Below are positions 1 to 13,900 of a stretch of 64,000 nt of DNA, one piece after another (positions within the stretch are counted from its first letter, which is position 1; each line of letters starts with the position of its first letter). Source of the DNA: Schizochytrium sp. TIO01 (taxonomy: Eukaryota > Protista > Bigyra: Labyrinthulomycetes). A program made the translations under genes and the position numbers. The notes below the pieces were generated by a model that saw nothing but the letters and a program-made list of their open reading frames with translations, searched no databases and was not told the origin of the DNA. The stretch is taken from positions 7,546,761-7,610,760 of the forward strand of contig SMSO01000031.1 in NCBI GenBank assembly GCA_004764695.1. Direction: 5' to 3'.

Positions 1-3000
1 TGTTGTAGTTTGTGGGCGCGAAATAAACAGTCTTGTGGTGCGATGCAATGAATCATTGATTAGGCACTGGTAATGGCACGAACATAGCAACCATTCGTCT
101 AGCTCAATATCCGGATTGTGCAGCAAGTGTCCATAGTTCTTTTCTCTTAGATAAAAAAGTGTTATTAAAAAAGTTTAATATGTATATATAATATATAACC
201 TCTTTAGTAAAATAAAAGCTAGCACACATTCTCATCCCGTGTGATTAATCAATCTCTTCTACCAAAAGTTGTTTACTATGGTCTATAAATGAAAACACTT
301 TGTCCAAAAAAAAAAGAAACAAACATCTCTTTGTTCTTGACTTTACGATCTACCTAGGTACTACCAACTAAGCCTACGAGGGGAAGCACCGAGTAATCAA
401 TGCAAGAGCAAGATGAAAAAATCAAAAAAGTCTCGTTGTTTTATAATGCAGAGTGAAGCCTTCATCAACCCCCTACAGATAAGTGATGAAACCTAAATCG
501 CGGTAAGTCATCGCATTTTCCATGAAGGACCCGATTCCTTGTGGGTGTTTCTCCCTTAGATAAGAATAAAAAATATAGAAAAACCTTGGAAAGCAGTTCT
601 ATTTCTATATGGAATTGGGCTTCTCAAGAAAGTGTTCTGTCTGAAGGACTGACTGGCTGGCATGATAGTTAGAGTGCTTCTCTAGAAGTAACGGTAGAGA
701 GGACAATTCTCTCCCAAGCTTTATGAATGTAAACTCAATACTTCTTTTGTTTTACTATTGGATTGATTAATTGGTATCCTTCGTGACTTAGGTCATCCTA
801 TTTCATATATATATAATATGTAAACAAAAATAAATAAAAGCAAAAAACTTTTGTTCATAAAAATTACAAGAATTGCCATACAATTCAACACACTAACTTT
901 TGCTGCTACCTACTAAACTGTTCTTTATTCCCAACATATAAAACAAAAAGTTTTCTAACCTTCACCTTCACCTTTTCACTTGGATTATCTTGATTAATTG
1001 AATAGATATGCGTATAGACAGCTGTGGCTTCCTTTCGAATTGGAATGACGAGCTCCTTATTTTGATGATGATTTCGGGATAATCGAGAAAAAGATTTTGG
1101 CAATAAATCTGACACACCATCGCGCGCAGGTTAACGTGCATTATTTGTCAGCTAAATGACTAAGGGAGACCATTCCAATTGCTTTGGAGAAACATTTGAA
1201 TGTGAATCGCTACTTCGTTGCAAAATTGCACATTTTACATCAACGCACCATCAACGCATGAAGCAACCCCATGGTCACGAATCAACTAATAAGCCTTTCT
1301 TAACTTTTGAAGAACACAACAAGGAACAAGGACGAGATAATTGGTAAACGTATGATAAAGAGGTACAGAATGAAGTCATTGTTGCATCACGAATCTGATA
1401 AACTTTCTTCTTTTCTTGAAGATAGGCTACTTGCAGATAAAAGATGTAACACAGCATCCCAAAATGTTGATAAGGTAATGTTTCATAATAGCATAAGGAG
1501 ATCAATTCTGAATGCTCTCAATGCACTCTACCACTCAAGGTTAGTAAAGAAGTTATCGAGTTGTTATAATAATTTTACCGAATAGGTTGAAGATAGATGG
1601 ACCTATGCAATTGTGCGTCCATTAGTTATTCGGATCGTCGTATGGATCATAACTTATTTTATCATCCGTTAAAGCAAAAAATAGATAGTGTCATCAAATA
1701 TATTACGCATAGAGATTCTACAAGCATTCCAATGGTATCATTATCTTCTATTCGACTTCGTGGGCTTTTAATCGGATAAATTAGAATATATGCATTATAA
1801 TTCCTCTATACCACCATTATTGAGATACATTGTACCTGTCCAGCTGGTCAGGATGAAAAGTAATATGCACCGAAATAGATCAAATGAAACTTTTAGGAGT
1901 GTAGTGTCTATTCTTCAACCAGGTTTACTTTCTTGATTGGGAGTCTACTGGCAATTTCCCCATAAGCCTGCTTGCTTGCTTGCTTTTAATGCTTAAAGAT
2001 ATTTTTACTTACGAATCATAGCTCCCCCGGTTTAATTTTCCTAAAATTATAGAATGTCAAACTGAGAAACGCGATAAGAAGTAGGAATTCAATTGTTATG
2101 AGAGCTTCCTTAAGAGGACACAAAGGAAAGAAGAATTTTGGTTTTCTAACCTTGTGAATCTTTACAGTAATGATCTTCGTAAGGAAAATAAATTGTAAGA
2201 AAAGAAAAGATAAGATAATCTGAAGAACTTTGCAGAGAAAAATAAATGTTTTCCAAATATTCATGATCTTGGTCGATCATTTATAAAGCGTATGTTAGCT
2301 TTGTTTTCAAGAGGAAGCAATTTTAAAATTAACTCTAATCTTTCGAACGAGATATAAGTTGTTTTTATTAAGATTGTCTTGTATGCAATCTGTGAGTAGC
2401 AGAAGATAGCTAGAGTGCTTCGTAATTCTCAAAACTTGTTTTAATTTTAATTAGATTTAACTGAGGTTTCAGTTACATGCTGAGGAAATTAAGCACTTCG
2501 GGTGTTCTCTGGGAACTGAAGAACCTCTTCAGCGCGGCATGTTTCTTTTCTATGCTACACAGAGGGCGCATTTCGATAGTTTTGCAGCATTGTTTTTTTC
2601 CCAATTTTCGGTTTCCATTTCTTTTTAATATTATATAAATATATATAAAATATACAATTTAAAGCCATTATAAATACTGCTTGAGTTCTTGCTAACATTT
2701 TTATTCTTTCTTCAATTATAGAATACTAGCAATGATGTTGAGGCCAGCAAAATAAGGTAATCAACTACTTCCTATATATGTATATACAATACTCATAATC
2801 TCCCCTCTTGCTTAATCTCAACTTGAATTGGTGTCTCCTTCGCATTCGTCGACACAAACAGCAGAGGGATTGATTCATCCCACTCTCGAATTCCAATTGA
2901 AATGGATCTCTTCCCTATTTTATCCTCGACAGCGCGCTGAGTTGTAGTATAAATCCTTCGTTGAGATCGATTATTACTAATATTCTTACACCCCCCGGGT

Positions 3001-6000
3001 GAACCATGAGACCTGTTGAGGTCTAGCTAGAACTGGAAGTTATGCGGCCGCGCCATCCCACAATGGTAATAATATTATATCAGGTTACTCCTGTTTGGAA
3101 TATTTGTAAAATCAAAGACATTACATCTACCAAGTGAAGCAGAAAGAGTATATTTTCATTTTACCTACTGTAGGAATAAACATATAAATAAAAATATCGT
3201 TAATTAACAAAAATAATACTTACGTAGGTACTAGATTAGCCATCCAACAACTCAGGTGTTGAAAACTACCAGGCCTGCTAACACTATTTATTATAGTGTT
3301 GTAGCATGACAGTTATTATAAGTTAATAATTTTATTTATTCATTGAGGACTTTTTTTTTAAAATGAAAAAAATAAGAGGGAGGTACATAATCATTTATTG
3401 TTTTTATTTCATTTTAAATTAAAGAAAGCCACTTAGAGAAACGATTAGCAAAGTAACTAAAGGTCAATCTTGAAAAGCAGACAAAATTGAAATGACTATT
3501 TTGGGGTGCATAGTGCTAGTTTTAATACTAGCATTTTTTTAATGGAGATTAATCAACTTGTGAATTTGAATTTTCTCCAAACTAAAACATTGTTTTTAGA
3601 GTAAACTGATGAGACAGTAATATTTGCCTATGTCTTAGGCAAAAGTACCTACGAATATTTTTCTGCACCTACCTAGAATTTCAGACATCTTTCCTTATTT
3701 AGTTTAGTAGGAGAAGCATGGATCCTAAGTTAAAGAACTCTTGGCTGAATGAAGGTGTCATGCAAATACGCTGTGCTAGGTATAGGTAAATAACAAAACA
3801 ATGGTCACGGTGTGAGGGTAATAGGTAACAACTTTGAGCGAGGAACGAAGCAAGATTGGGGTACTTCTCTAGTTTAGTAGTATTGCGCGTCACTCTGTGG
3901 AAAGGTTTGATATAAGGGCAGGTATTTGACAGCTTTGCTCATGATTTCTTGAGGCTCAGATTTTTCAAGAATCTTTATTGCTCGATCAATGCATCGTTGA
4001 GTAAAATATCGCAGATAGAATGTTTAAGAGCGCGTTGATGAGCCAACGATTTTGTCTCATGTTTTATATTCTGTTTTGTACCTACCCCACCAATAGCGTG
4101 AAAATCTATAGAAGTGATACAGCTATACTCTTTATGCGTATAAGATAGTGCAACCATATGTTACCTATTCTTGCATTTATTTCACAAATAAAGAGCCATT
4201 GACTTTGAATCCTTACTGGTACAGCATGGTTGGAAGTGAATATCTTTCAAATATTCTATTTATGCTTGCATGCATGGAATGGTTTTGAGTTTTCTAAGGA
4301 GAGCCATCCCGTGCATAGGCAGAAGATGTAGCGAAAAATGACACTTTTATTTTTATTGTTGTAAACACAAAAGAAATGCAAAATTCAGTTGTTTCTTCTT
4401 TGATATCATTTCTATGAATCTACTAAGGCTATCTAAAACTATTTTGTAGGTCTTTCAAGAATACAATTACTGATATAAAACACTAGTCAATATAGTGTAA
4501 CGCATTTTTAGGCGAGCCTTATTGGGCAAGAAAGCTTTGATTAGCTATACCAGCTTGTTTCTCTCAATCAAGAAAAGGATTGATGAATGCATGATTTATA
4601 ATTCTCTAAAGTACGGTGTTCGCGCGCTACTGTTTTCTTTTCTTTTATCTTTTCTTTTTATCTTTTGAGGACTTCAAAAATAAGAACTTAATGAGGAGCA
4701 AAAGATGCTCTAATTGGACATAATTCAGCCTGGGGAAGTGACTCCATGTATAAAGAAGAGGAGTGCAGAATATGAGACGTGACTGTACTACGAAAATTAT
4801 GCATAGAAATACCGTCCTCAACTGCAGCTCCGTTGAAGTAGAAAGATTTATACGATAGTGCGACATATTTGAAGCGTATTCATAGACTTTTGATCTTAGA
4901 CAGTCGATTCAGATGCAGACAGGTCCCTCAAACTTCTTTGAAGTAGTCGTGCGACGTCCCTCTCTTTTTGAAAGAAAAAGGAAAAAATCAATATTCAAGC
5001 GAGGGGAAATATTGCGAAACATACATAATAAACCTAATCACTGCTACTGGTTACTATCTTTTAAAAGTAAATAAATAAAATAAAAATAGTTTTTTTTAAT
5101 GGTCTTCAGAAGAGTTAATTAATTTGTTCAACTGCGCGTTGGAAATGACTCGAAACGTGTTTGAGGTCATATACAGAGGGGAAAGAAAGAAGAAGGAAAG
5201 GGAGCTGGGAAGTAGCGTCGCACTGTATGTGCTGCCTAATCCACCCTTCATATAGGGCTTTAGAGTTGAGCGCGTCGCATCAAGGGAGAGGTTGCATACC
5301 TTATAAGGCCACGTCTTGTTTTTTTTTTAAATTCTATAGATAATATATATTTAGTTCGACCCGGTTATAGTTTCTTCCTGTTCAACATTATTTTTCTAAC
5401 TACTTCAAAAGAGGAGTAGTGATGATAGTGCAGCATTGGCCGTTCGGTACTATATTTTATAAGAAAGAATGATGAAAATGTAATAGATCCCTTCTAAAGT
5501 ACTGAATGGTAGGTAAACGATGCTGATTGAATAATAAATCATCCTTCGGGCGGGCAAGCTTCATACTTCTGATTGATGTGCAGACAGAAACACGAAACAT
5601 GCTGCCGTTTGCCTATTTATATAATACTGTTCAAGCATGGGCACCTTCAATGATTGTTGCAAAGTTGTGCTAGGGCTACCTTACAACTACTCTTTGCTGG
5701 TGGATCTGATCAACGCATGCTTCACAGAGCAAAGAGTACAAATAGAGCATGGTTCTAACCACAATAAATAAAGCGTACAGAGCAAAAAATAAAATGAAAG
5801 TAAGTCTCCTCATTTTAAAGAATTATAGTGATCAATTATTAATACGGGAGCTTTTGAATTTCGAATAAAATATCATAAAAAACCAGAGGTTCATATCTGA
5901 GTCCGTCGACTTTGTAGGAAGATCAATTGAATATATAAGAGCGACTCTTAGTTTTAAATTTTATTATTGTTTCCCATGATGATGAGACAATATGGACCTA

Positions 6001-6495
6001 TTTTCTCTCCTCTTTTCGTTCTTCTCAATAAAAATTTCCTTGCAAAAAGTACTCTTGGAGCTATTCATACTTAGTATTTGGTAGGTATTGAATTAGACTA
6101 TTAAACTTTTGGTGAAGCATTAAAATGAATGGCCTTATTCCAAGGAGGAGCACTTTTCAAACATTTTATCCCAGCAAACCTGCAACCTTGAAGCCAAAAG
6201 CCACCAGGACAATTTTTTGCCAGCAAATCCCTAATCTGAGACTCAATCATCGACACCTCTTGTGACATACAGGAAGCCCTTTTAATCATACGCTTGTAAG
6301 ACTTCACTACTTCAAGAATCATTGATTGAGTGATATCCTTTACTGCTGTTTACATTGGCTTGATGAAAAATTAGGAGTATAGCAAGGCTTGCTCTATCGA
6401 ACATCGCTATCTCACACAGAGGTTGAGCAAAGAGGGGGTCTCAGGACCATAGAACGACTTGCAACCTAGCTCACCACCTATTTGTTGACTTGGGT

Positions 6496-7683
6496 ATGAG
6501 AATGGTTATGCCCATCTCCGCTGAAGGGTACGAAATGACTGATGAGTTCAACAGGAAATTCAACGTGAAGGATGAGATACAGGAGTATCCTTGTGGGCAA
6601 GGGATGGATGAGGAAACATATGGCACAGAAGTAGGACTTCAGTTGAACCAGCCTGCTTCTAATTATTTTCAGTCTATACATCCCAATACGACGATGAGCT
6701 TTGGCAACCCCAACGCAAACTTGTTTGCCTTGGGGCAAAATTCATCCAATACTCATATCTCACACATCGGAGCAGCGACGCCCCCTACAAACATGCAGCA
6801 GAATTACCATTTGCAAACAAACTACAACCATACAAGCATGCTAATTCGCTCTACGAGTAATCACGAGAGCTCTGACGTATCTACATACTCAATAAACATT
6901 GACCGAACTCAGAGCAACATGGAACAGACTTTGCCTGTGAGCATAGAGGTCATCACACGCCTCTTTAGCTCCGCTCAAGAAGGACTCCCCGCTTATCTTG
7001 ACAACAAGTCTGATAGCACAAAGTCTCGTATGCAGTCCACAATCCAGTACTCAGACACCCTTCTCACAATTTTGAAGAGTATTAAGGCAACAAAAGGCAA
7101 TGGATTAAGTCTGCCTTCCCCAGACCTCTTGAAGAACCTATATGCTTTTGCTCAAAGCCTGTCCTGTAGCATTGATCCAAGGGTGCATACATCCCAGCAT
7201 GCGCTACTCCACGAAAAGCTTCGAGTTGCACAGAGAGACCCGGCTATAGCTCGACAATGGGCTGCACTAGCGGGTACGCTCGATGGTATTAACGTGTACA
7301 TGCAGTGGCCTGGCTGCCGCAAGAATCGAAACCACTATCCCAAATATAACAAAGTGTCGGTGCCACACGTGTGGCAAGCCCTTGGTTATGTCACAGACAA
7401 ATCGAGGCTCCCATCATTCATCATGGAATCTCTGTCTAAGGTCCCACTTATGGGTACTTGGCCATTGCTTGACTTTTTCTACCTCCCTGAGACTAAAGAC
7501 CCTGAAAGCCTCATCCAAAAATTATACCAATGGATTGCTGGTATTTTAGTATACGGTCATAGTTTAGAGAGCACTTCAAACGGAATGCAGTTTTCTTCTC
7601 AAAAGAGGCCTCGGCCGGCATCAAACGCACACGACGCATCATCCCAATTATCAGAACCCTCTAAACAAGCCCGCATTGATTAA
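6496..7683 (+). CDS. Orphan protein (~395 aa): N/Q/S-rich low-complexity N-terminus, helical C-terminal domain, C-terminal NLS-like motif
   Basis: 1.2 kb uninterrupted ORF in AT-rich DNA. First ATG is at 6496 (the track starts at TTG 6490). Ends QKRPRP...KQARID. No family recognised. Confidence 0.75.
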   Translation: MRMVMPISAEGYEMTDEFNRKFNVKDEIQEYPCGQGMDEETYGTEVGLQLNQPASNYFQSIHPNTTMSFGNPNANLFALGQNSSNTHISHIGAATPPTNMQQNYHLQTNYNHTSMLIRSTSNHESSDVSTYSINIDRTQSNMEQTLPVSIEVITRLFSSAQEGLPAYLDNKSDSTKSRMQSTIQYSDTLLTILKSIKATKGNGLSLPSPDLLKNLYAFAQSLSCSIDPRVHTSQHALLHEKLRVAQRDPAIARQWAALAGTLDGINVYMQWPGCRKNRNHYPKYNKVSVPHVWQALGYVTDKSRLPSFIMESLSKVPLMGTWPLLDFFYLPETKDPESLIQKLYQWIAGILVYGHSLESTSNGMQFSSQKRPRPASNAHDASSQLSEPSKQARID

Positions 7684-10035
7684 TCGCTGTTATACAAAAA
7701 TTAAAACTATTGCTGTGCAACAACAATTAAGTGTCTTGCACAGCATAGTCATACATGTTCATGCCAGCTGACAATCTACTTTTGTATCAATTGAATTGAA
7801 TACCTTTGCAATCTGCTTGCGACAAATTCCACGTTAAAAATTGTTTGATATCTTCTTGTTGTTCGGCCTAGAGATGACCCCCACTATTATAAATATTCTT
7901 TGTCTACCCGCATCGTTTTTACTCACTTGCCTCAAACTAATCGCGCAAACAATGCCCCACTTCGCGGACTACATGATTTATGTGAATAGTATATGATCCT
8001 TCTAGGAATGGTCATTCTCAACCAACATCTTTCTCATTCTGTTAAAGAAAAGAAAGGGCCACCTGTATCTGTATCTTTATGATAGATTAAGCACAGTCTC
8101 TCTTATTATCATGAGTGAGTTTGCCTATAAATCGCCGCATGCGCACGACCAGCAGTCTCTTCTTTTTCTATACTTTTTGTATAATGATGATCCACAGAAG
8201 TAGGAACAAATTTTACATTTACTAAGATATACGTAGGAGTCAAATCCACATGCTGCATTCCATTAACGACCCGAGTGCTGGTCTTCACCTTCAGTTTAGA
8301 ACTGGCAGTTCAATCTTATGCAGAGAAACAAACCGTTGCAGAAGATGTTCCAACAAGCTCTGTCTCTATCAAATACATTCAGATAGAAGTATTAGAACTA
8401 GACTCTGTAGAAACCGCATCGTACATACATCGACCCAAATTTTCTTCAGTTTAACTGGGCTTCTGTCTGTCTTTACTATCTCGACAACAGGTGGAAGAAA
8501 ACTCCTAGTGAACGATTTGAATATCTAGCTAGAGAACAACGTTTTTTCACCACGAAGGTCATGACTTAGATTAGATAAATGCTACGTACTACTCTAAACC
8601 TTTGGCTTGATCAAGAAACCTTGATCAAGAGTCAAGAGATACTATGTAGGAGTAATCAAAGCTTTGTTTGGCAAAACGGTTTCTTCGCTTAATAGATCCT
8701 ACTACTTTATCTAATCGATTTTTGCCTTGACTTCTATATTAAAATAATAATAATCATAATATATATATATGGGCACATATATTCGCCACAGGTGCTACCT
8801 GCCTACTATCGTCATGAACCAATACCAAGAAACATTTGCAACATCAAAAACAATGAGAAGAAAAATTTCCAGGATTGAACCTGATATTTTCTTCTATTTC
8901 GTTTGAAAGACCGTAGCTACTCTTGCATGTGAATTGTCCTTCCACTGTCAGCCAGCACAGAAAGGTGTTCAATGAGACGTAACGGAAAGAGTTAACAACA
9001 TATTTGCTTGATCTGGACAACAAAACAAATAATAGAAGGCAGAAGCACTTCCAGAGTTTAATTCATTGAGGGAAAACGTCTCCACAACCAATAAAAAGAC
9101 GATAGTCTGGGAATAAATAGTTTTAATATAGGGATATGCTGGTATTCATTTACCCCCTTTCTCTATTTCTAAAGCTAGTATTTCAGAAATTGCGTCTTCA
9201 ATAAACGCTTGTTAAATTTAACCAACTGCATGTTAGAGCAAGCATTTGCGAAGAAATAAAAGAGCCTTAACAACGTTCTTTCTGGATATTTGAAAAAGGT
9301 AAAAAATGATCTCAACAGCTGCAGTTTCGAGCTGCAGTTTCTCAACCTTTTATAGACAGGACTTGTCTTTAAAACGTGAATTGTCTAGGTTCGGCCGCAA
9401 GAGCAGTAACTCATACCCGCATGCCACTTAAATTATTCATATGTTAGCAAAGGCAAACCAATGAAACACTAAAAATATCCGAGAATAGTGGGTTCATGAG
9501 TGGACAATCTAGATTTGTTTTTAAGCACCCACGCACACATTTAACAACACAGATTCTACAAGTTCCCTTCCACCATCAAGCTCGATTTTTATTCAGGTAT
9601 AACGGCCATAATTTTGTGTGAGTTTGACCCTGGCACAACAATTGAACGCATGAGCCTCTGGTGTGTGAGAATGGAGTGACTATTTGCTCAAAAACTCAAG
9701 AAATACTCCCCAGTTGTGAACCGCTGTTAGAGTAAAGGAATTGATATATGGTGTCACTGAGGTCAAACGAATTTTTTCATCGTATAATATGCATTATGTG
9801 CACCTACCTAGGGACTAGGACGGTAGAGTGAAAGCAGTTCCCTTTCGACTTCCTCCTTTTTAGAAATGCTACGCAGTCTTGCAGAAAGCAAAGTAGAAAC
9901 AGTTTGTAATATTACAGAAACCATCATGTTTGGTCATCTTCAAAGAATAACTTGGGTGGTAGCCAATCCTAATCTCGCAACAGATTGTATATATATCACC
10001 GTATACATTAAAAGAGCTCACAAATCAAATATATT

Positions 10036-10977
10036 TCATAAACTCTTAAACTTATTGAAGTGATCTTCATACTTGGCCTGAAATTCAACAGGTAAATCTT
10101 CCATTCTTTTGTGGGTTTTGGCGTGAACCCTCAAAGGGGGAGGGGCCTTGGATGGAGTGACTTGGATATTAGCCGTTCCGAATTCACAAGACAAGTCTAG
10201 GTGGAATTCATTTGGCTTGCGAGCATGCCGTGGGAAAAGCGAGAGACCTTGAAGTAGCACTGCAATGTCCAATTTGATCCGTTTCATATCACAGAGTTCT
10301 GCCTTGGATGAGTTTAATTTAATGAGACTGTGAGAGTCATCTTTACAAGATGGAATATAGCACGTCCCCAAAAGAGTGAAAATAATTGTCGACGAAACGT
10401 GGCCTTCCTTGTAGGTGAAATGGTTATTGGAGTCTTGGCTCTTCCCAACTTGAAGCATTGAATTGCCTCTTAGGGTGAGCTTTACAGTAGATGGTGGCAC
10501 ATCTCCTGTATATTCTAATACCATACGCATGTGTCTGTATCTTGCGTACGAGTAATAGACTGGTAGATTGTCATGACAAAGAAGGCTTCGAATGGAAGGC
10601 ATAACCTTCCCAAGTTCACTTTGAGCAATTTGAAAGGGTTCTTCATTCGTGAATGCAGGACTTTGAGGCATTTCTATAGTAGGGTATATTCTACCTTGGT
10701 AATAGTTTGGGTCAATCTTATCATGATTTTCTGACTCATCGAAATAGGCCTCAGGAGTTGTTGGATCTACACACAAACTTCCCTGGCCAGAAAAGACTGA
10801 GGAGATATCCATGTCTTCGTCAATTATGCCAGCCAAACCTTCAATTGTCATAATGCTGCTCGAAGACAGTTGCTTTTTGAACAATGGCTTAAACATGGAC
10901 AAATCCGATTCTAAATCCTGACTCAATGTTCTTGAACGTTTCTGCGAAAGAACCTTGCTCTCGTCGAAGCATTGCAT
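10036..10977 (-). CDS. Orphan protein (313 aa), putative nuclear/DNA-binding protein with beta-rich C-terminal domain
   Basis: ATG-initiated 313-codon ORF. N-terminal QKRSRT and FKKQ basic motifs, acidic/Ser-rich region, then alternating hydrophobic beta strands ending LRVHAKTHKR. Confidence 0.75.
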   Translation of the reverse strand: MQCFDESKVLSQKRSRTLSQDLESDLSMFKPLFKKQLSSSSIMTIEGLAGIIDEDMDISSVFSGQGSLCVDPTTPEAYFDESENHDKIDPNYYQGRIYPTIEMPQSPAFTNEEPFQIAQSELGKVMPSIRSLLCHDNLPVYYSYARYRHMRMVLEYTGDVPPSTVKLTLRGNSMLQVGKSQDSNNHFTYKEGHVSSTIIFTLLGTCYIPSCKDDSHSLIKLNSSKAELCDMKRIKLDIAVLLQGLSLFPRHARKPNEFHLDLSCEFGTANIQVTPSKAPPPLRVHAKTHKRMEDLPVEFQAKYEDHFNKFKSL

Positions 10978-13900
10978 CTTGTATAAGAGTGTTTATATGA
11001 CACTAGTCTTCCGTTCTAGACTTTCGTTTTTGATGTTATGGATTTGCTGCTCTAATATCTCACGTGCAATTTTTGAAGCATCACCTCGGTTTTACTTACC
11101 TGATACGGTAATCCTCGCAGTGCTTAAAGAACATCCCGGTGTGCGGATAATCACCTTTTTTAAAACATTGAAAACGATGAAAAAGCATCATTTTAGCCAT
11201 AGTACCTAACAGAACCGAAGGCTCTTACTTTGCCTATTGTTCGGCGCGTGCAACTGCGTTGATGAAAACTATTACTAAGCCCATATGCACAAATCCTTTT
11301 CGACATATTATTTAAAGTATGACTTTAAAAAAAAAAAAAAAAAAGTCTGGGTAGTAAAGCATACTACTTACCCTACCTACCTACTCTCACGATTTTATTT
11401 CTTTTTCACTACTAATGTTAGGGAATGTTTTTCATTTTCTTGTTCTTTTAAAAAATTAAAGTTGTTTCCAAAAAATAAGATAAAAATGTGTACATTTTAC
11501 AAGTAGCTAATAATACCCTCCATACATTGCCTTATAAATAAGTCTATATCTTCTTATCGAGATAATTTAAATCTTTAAGTGCTCTTCTTTAGAGGTTTTT
11601 ACTAAATTTTGTCGAATGTCTGGACCACGCTGTCATTTATCACAACATTGATAATATCTTTTCCACTTCTCCAACCTGACCGCGTAAGCTACGTGATGTG
11701 AAACATGAAATATAATATACATTAGGCCTGTATAGAAGGTGAGCAGAAATATAAAAACGAGGTCAGGCTAAGAATTGCTCAATCGCATGATAACACCCTC
11801 TCTTCCCTTCAAAGCAGTATTCACTCTGTAGTGACAGGCATCGACATACATGTAGGGCAAGTATGTATTTTTGGACATGTGGCACAAACGAGCAGAGCTG
11901 ATTGTTCACTTTATTACGTGATATCACTTCATGGCATCAAATATTGCCTGAAAGAGCCAGAGGAAAAGCGACTTATTTACTTATTTACTTATTTACTCAT
12001 TCCTAGCGATTTATACTTTTGCAATTAGGAAAAACTAACATCTTCTAAATAACAAATAGGCCCCTAGGTAATACTATGACTTCTTGTTGATTGAAAGGAT
12101 GGTGCGAAGGTCTCTCAGCAAGCCCTCCACTGCCACACAAGACAGTGTTACGTAATTCTATGAGACAGTAATGAAGTATATGCACTAACTAGGAACCATG
12201 TGGCAACATTTGCTACTCTTGATAGAAACTACAGCCAAAATGTATGGCAAGCCGAAAGAGGGGAACCGAGAAAAGCGAGTTGGTGGAAACGTTTTGAAGA
12301 GACATTCACTGGCGAATACTAGCTCTCTGATTGTGATATTTCTGACATTCTATGGACGGTAAATTGGCGACATATGTTCGGAGTCTTACTTTTACAAGTT
12401 GTTAGTTTGACTCTCTCTTTTAATAATTTCTTTTTACATAGGAATTTGTTTTTGAAGGCCAGGGAACATCTCAATGACTGATATCGGTGACTCAACATAT
12501 ACTTAAACCTGCACACTCAGTTGCTAGAACTTGAACTTACACCTAGGATCAACAATGAATATCGAGTTGATCAAAATAAGGATGTACATTCCCTCGCGTA
12601 AAGACGTCCGCTAATCAAGAAGTCCCTTTCTTGCCTTCCAATGACCTTTCAGCTCGAATTGCCGGAACTCCGGAGAATAGAGTAAATGTTTCAAATGAAG
12701 TTAAACCTAAGTCTCCCTAGGCCTAATTGAATTGGATGTTTTTGTCTTCAAGTTCGTCTTCAATTTGATATATGTCTCTTCTTGCCTGGTTGAGCTTTTT
12801 TGTAAAGTGAGTTGCAAGTAACAAGAAGAGACATATGAATTATAAATGAAAGGTGCCCATGACTTGTAAACATTGAAATGCACCCTATAGATGTTCCTTG
12901 TTGTTTGTTATGCATCAGTAAAGTATTTTCGACTGGTCTGCTCATTCAATCGGCCTTATGCATAAAGTTCACATAAATCTAGGGACCTGTTATTTAGCTG
13001 CTAACCATGAAAACTTCGTGAAAAAGGTTGCAGAAACAGATGGAAGCTATATCTATTCAGAGACTTACTTTTTAAGGTGATCAATTCGTTTCTAGTTCAT
13101 ATTTGCATTGAATTGGAGAATCGAATCAGGAGATTAAAGCAACCCAGTAATGTAGAGAAGGATTCTGTAGACTAAGTCTTTCATTTTCTACATCAAGATA
13201 GGCAAGGCTCAGCCTCGATTATTAGTCTGTGAGAATACTGAACGTGTTAAAATAACCCATTCTCATCACTCTACTTTATTTATTTATTTTCAAAGAGGTT
13301 TGACCTTTTTTTTCTTTGTTTCTTTTATCTTAATATTTGTTCATTGAACAACATTCTCTTTTTTTTTTCTTTTTTCTTTTTTTGAATTAGGATGATTTTT
13401 TTTCTTTCTTTTTTTTGTTAACATACACATTTTTACAACTATTTATTTTGAGAAAAAAAAATGAAAAACATTTAAATCAATAGAAAAGCGATTTCAAAAT
13501 GCTATGAATATTTTATAATTATTGTTGTTGACTTGATAAAAGAGGACTTGAAAAAAAGTCATAAACGTCTTTCTCAAATTTGTTCTTGGTTTTAGCAAGA
13601 ATACACGATAATTACTCTCCTCCAATGCAAATATTTGAGTCCACTTCCACTGAGTCTCCTCACAAGGTATACACAATAGTGCTCTATAGATGCGCATTAA
13701 CTATGACTCTATTTGTTAAATCGCATAGAAACTAAGACCAGACTATTCAACCTTGGCAAAATTACTTACGTTTCTGCGCTTGGGCAATTAAAATAACGCG
13801 ATATTAGATAATTGAATGAAATGCATTTTGGATAGAGAAGTATTTCCTGGTTTTGGGATATTGGTTTAAAGACTTAATTACTGCATAAATTAATAATCAA

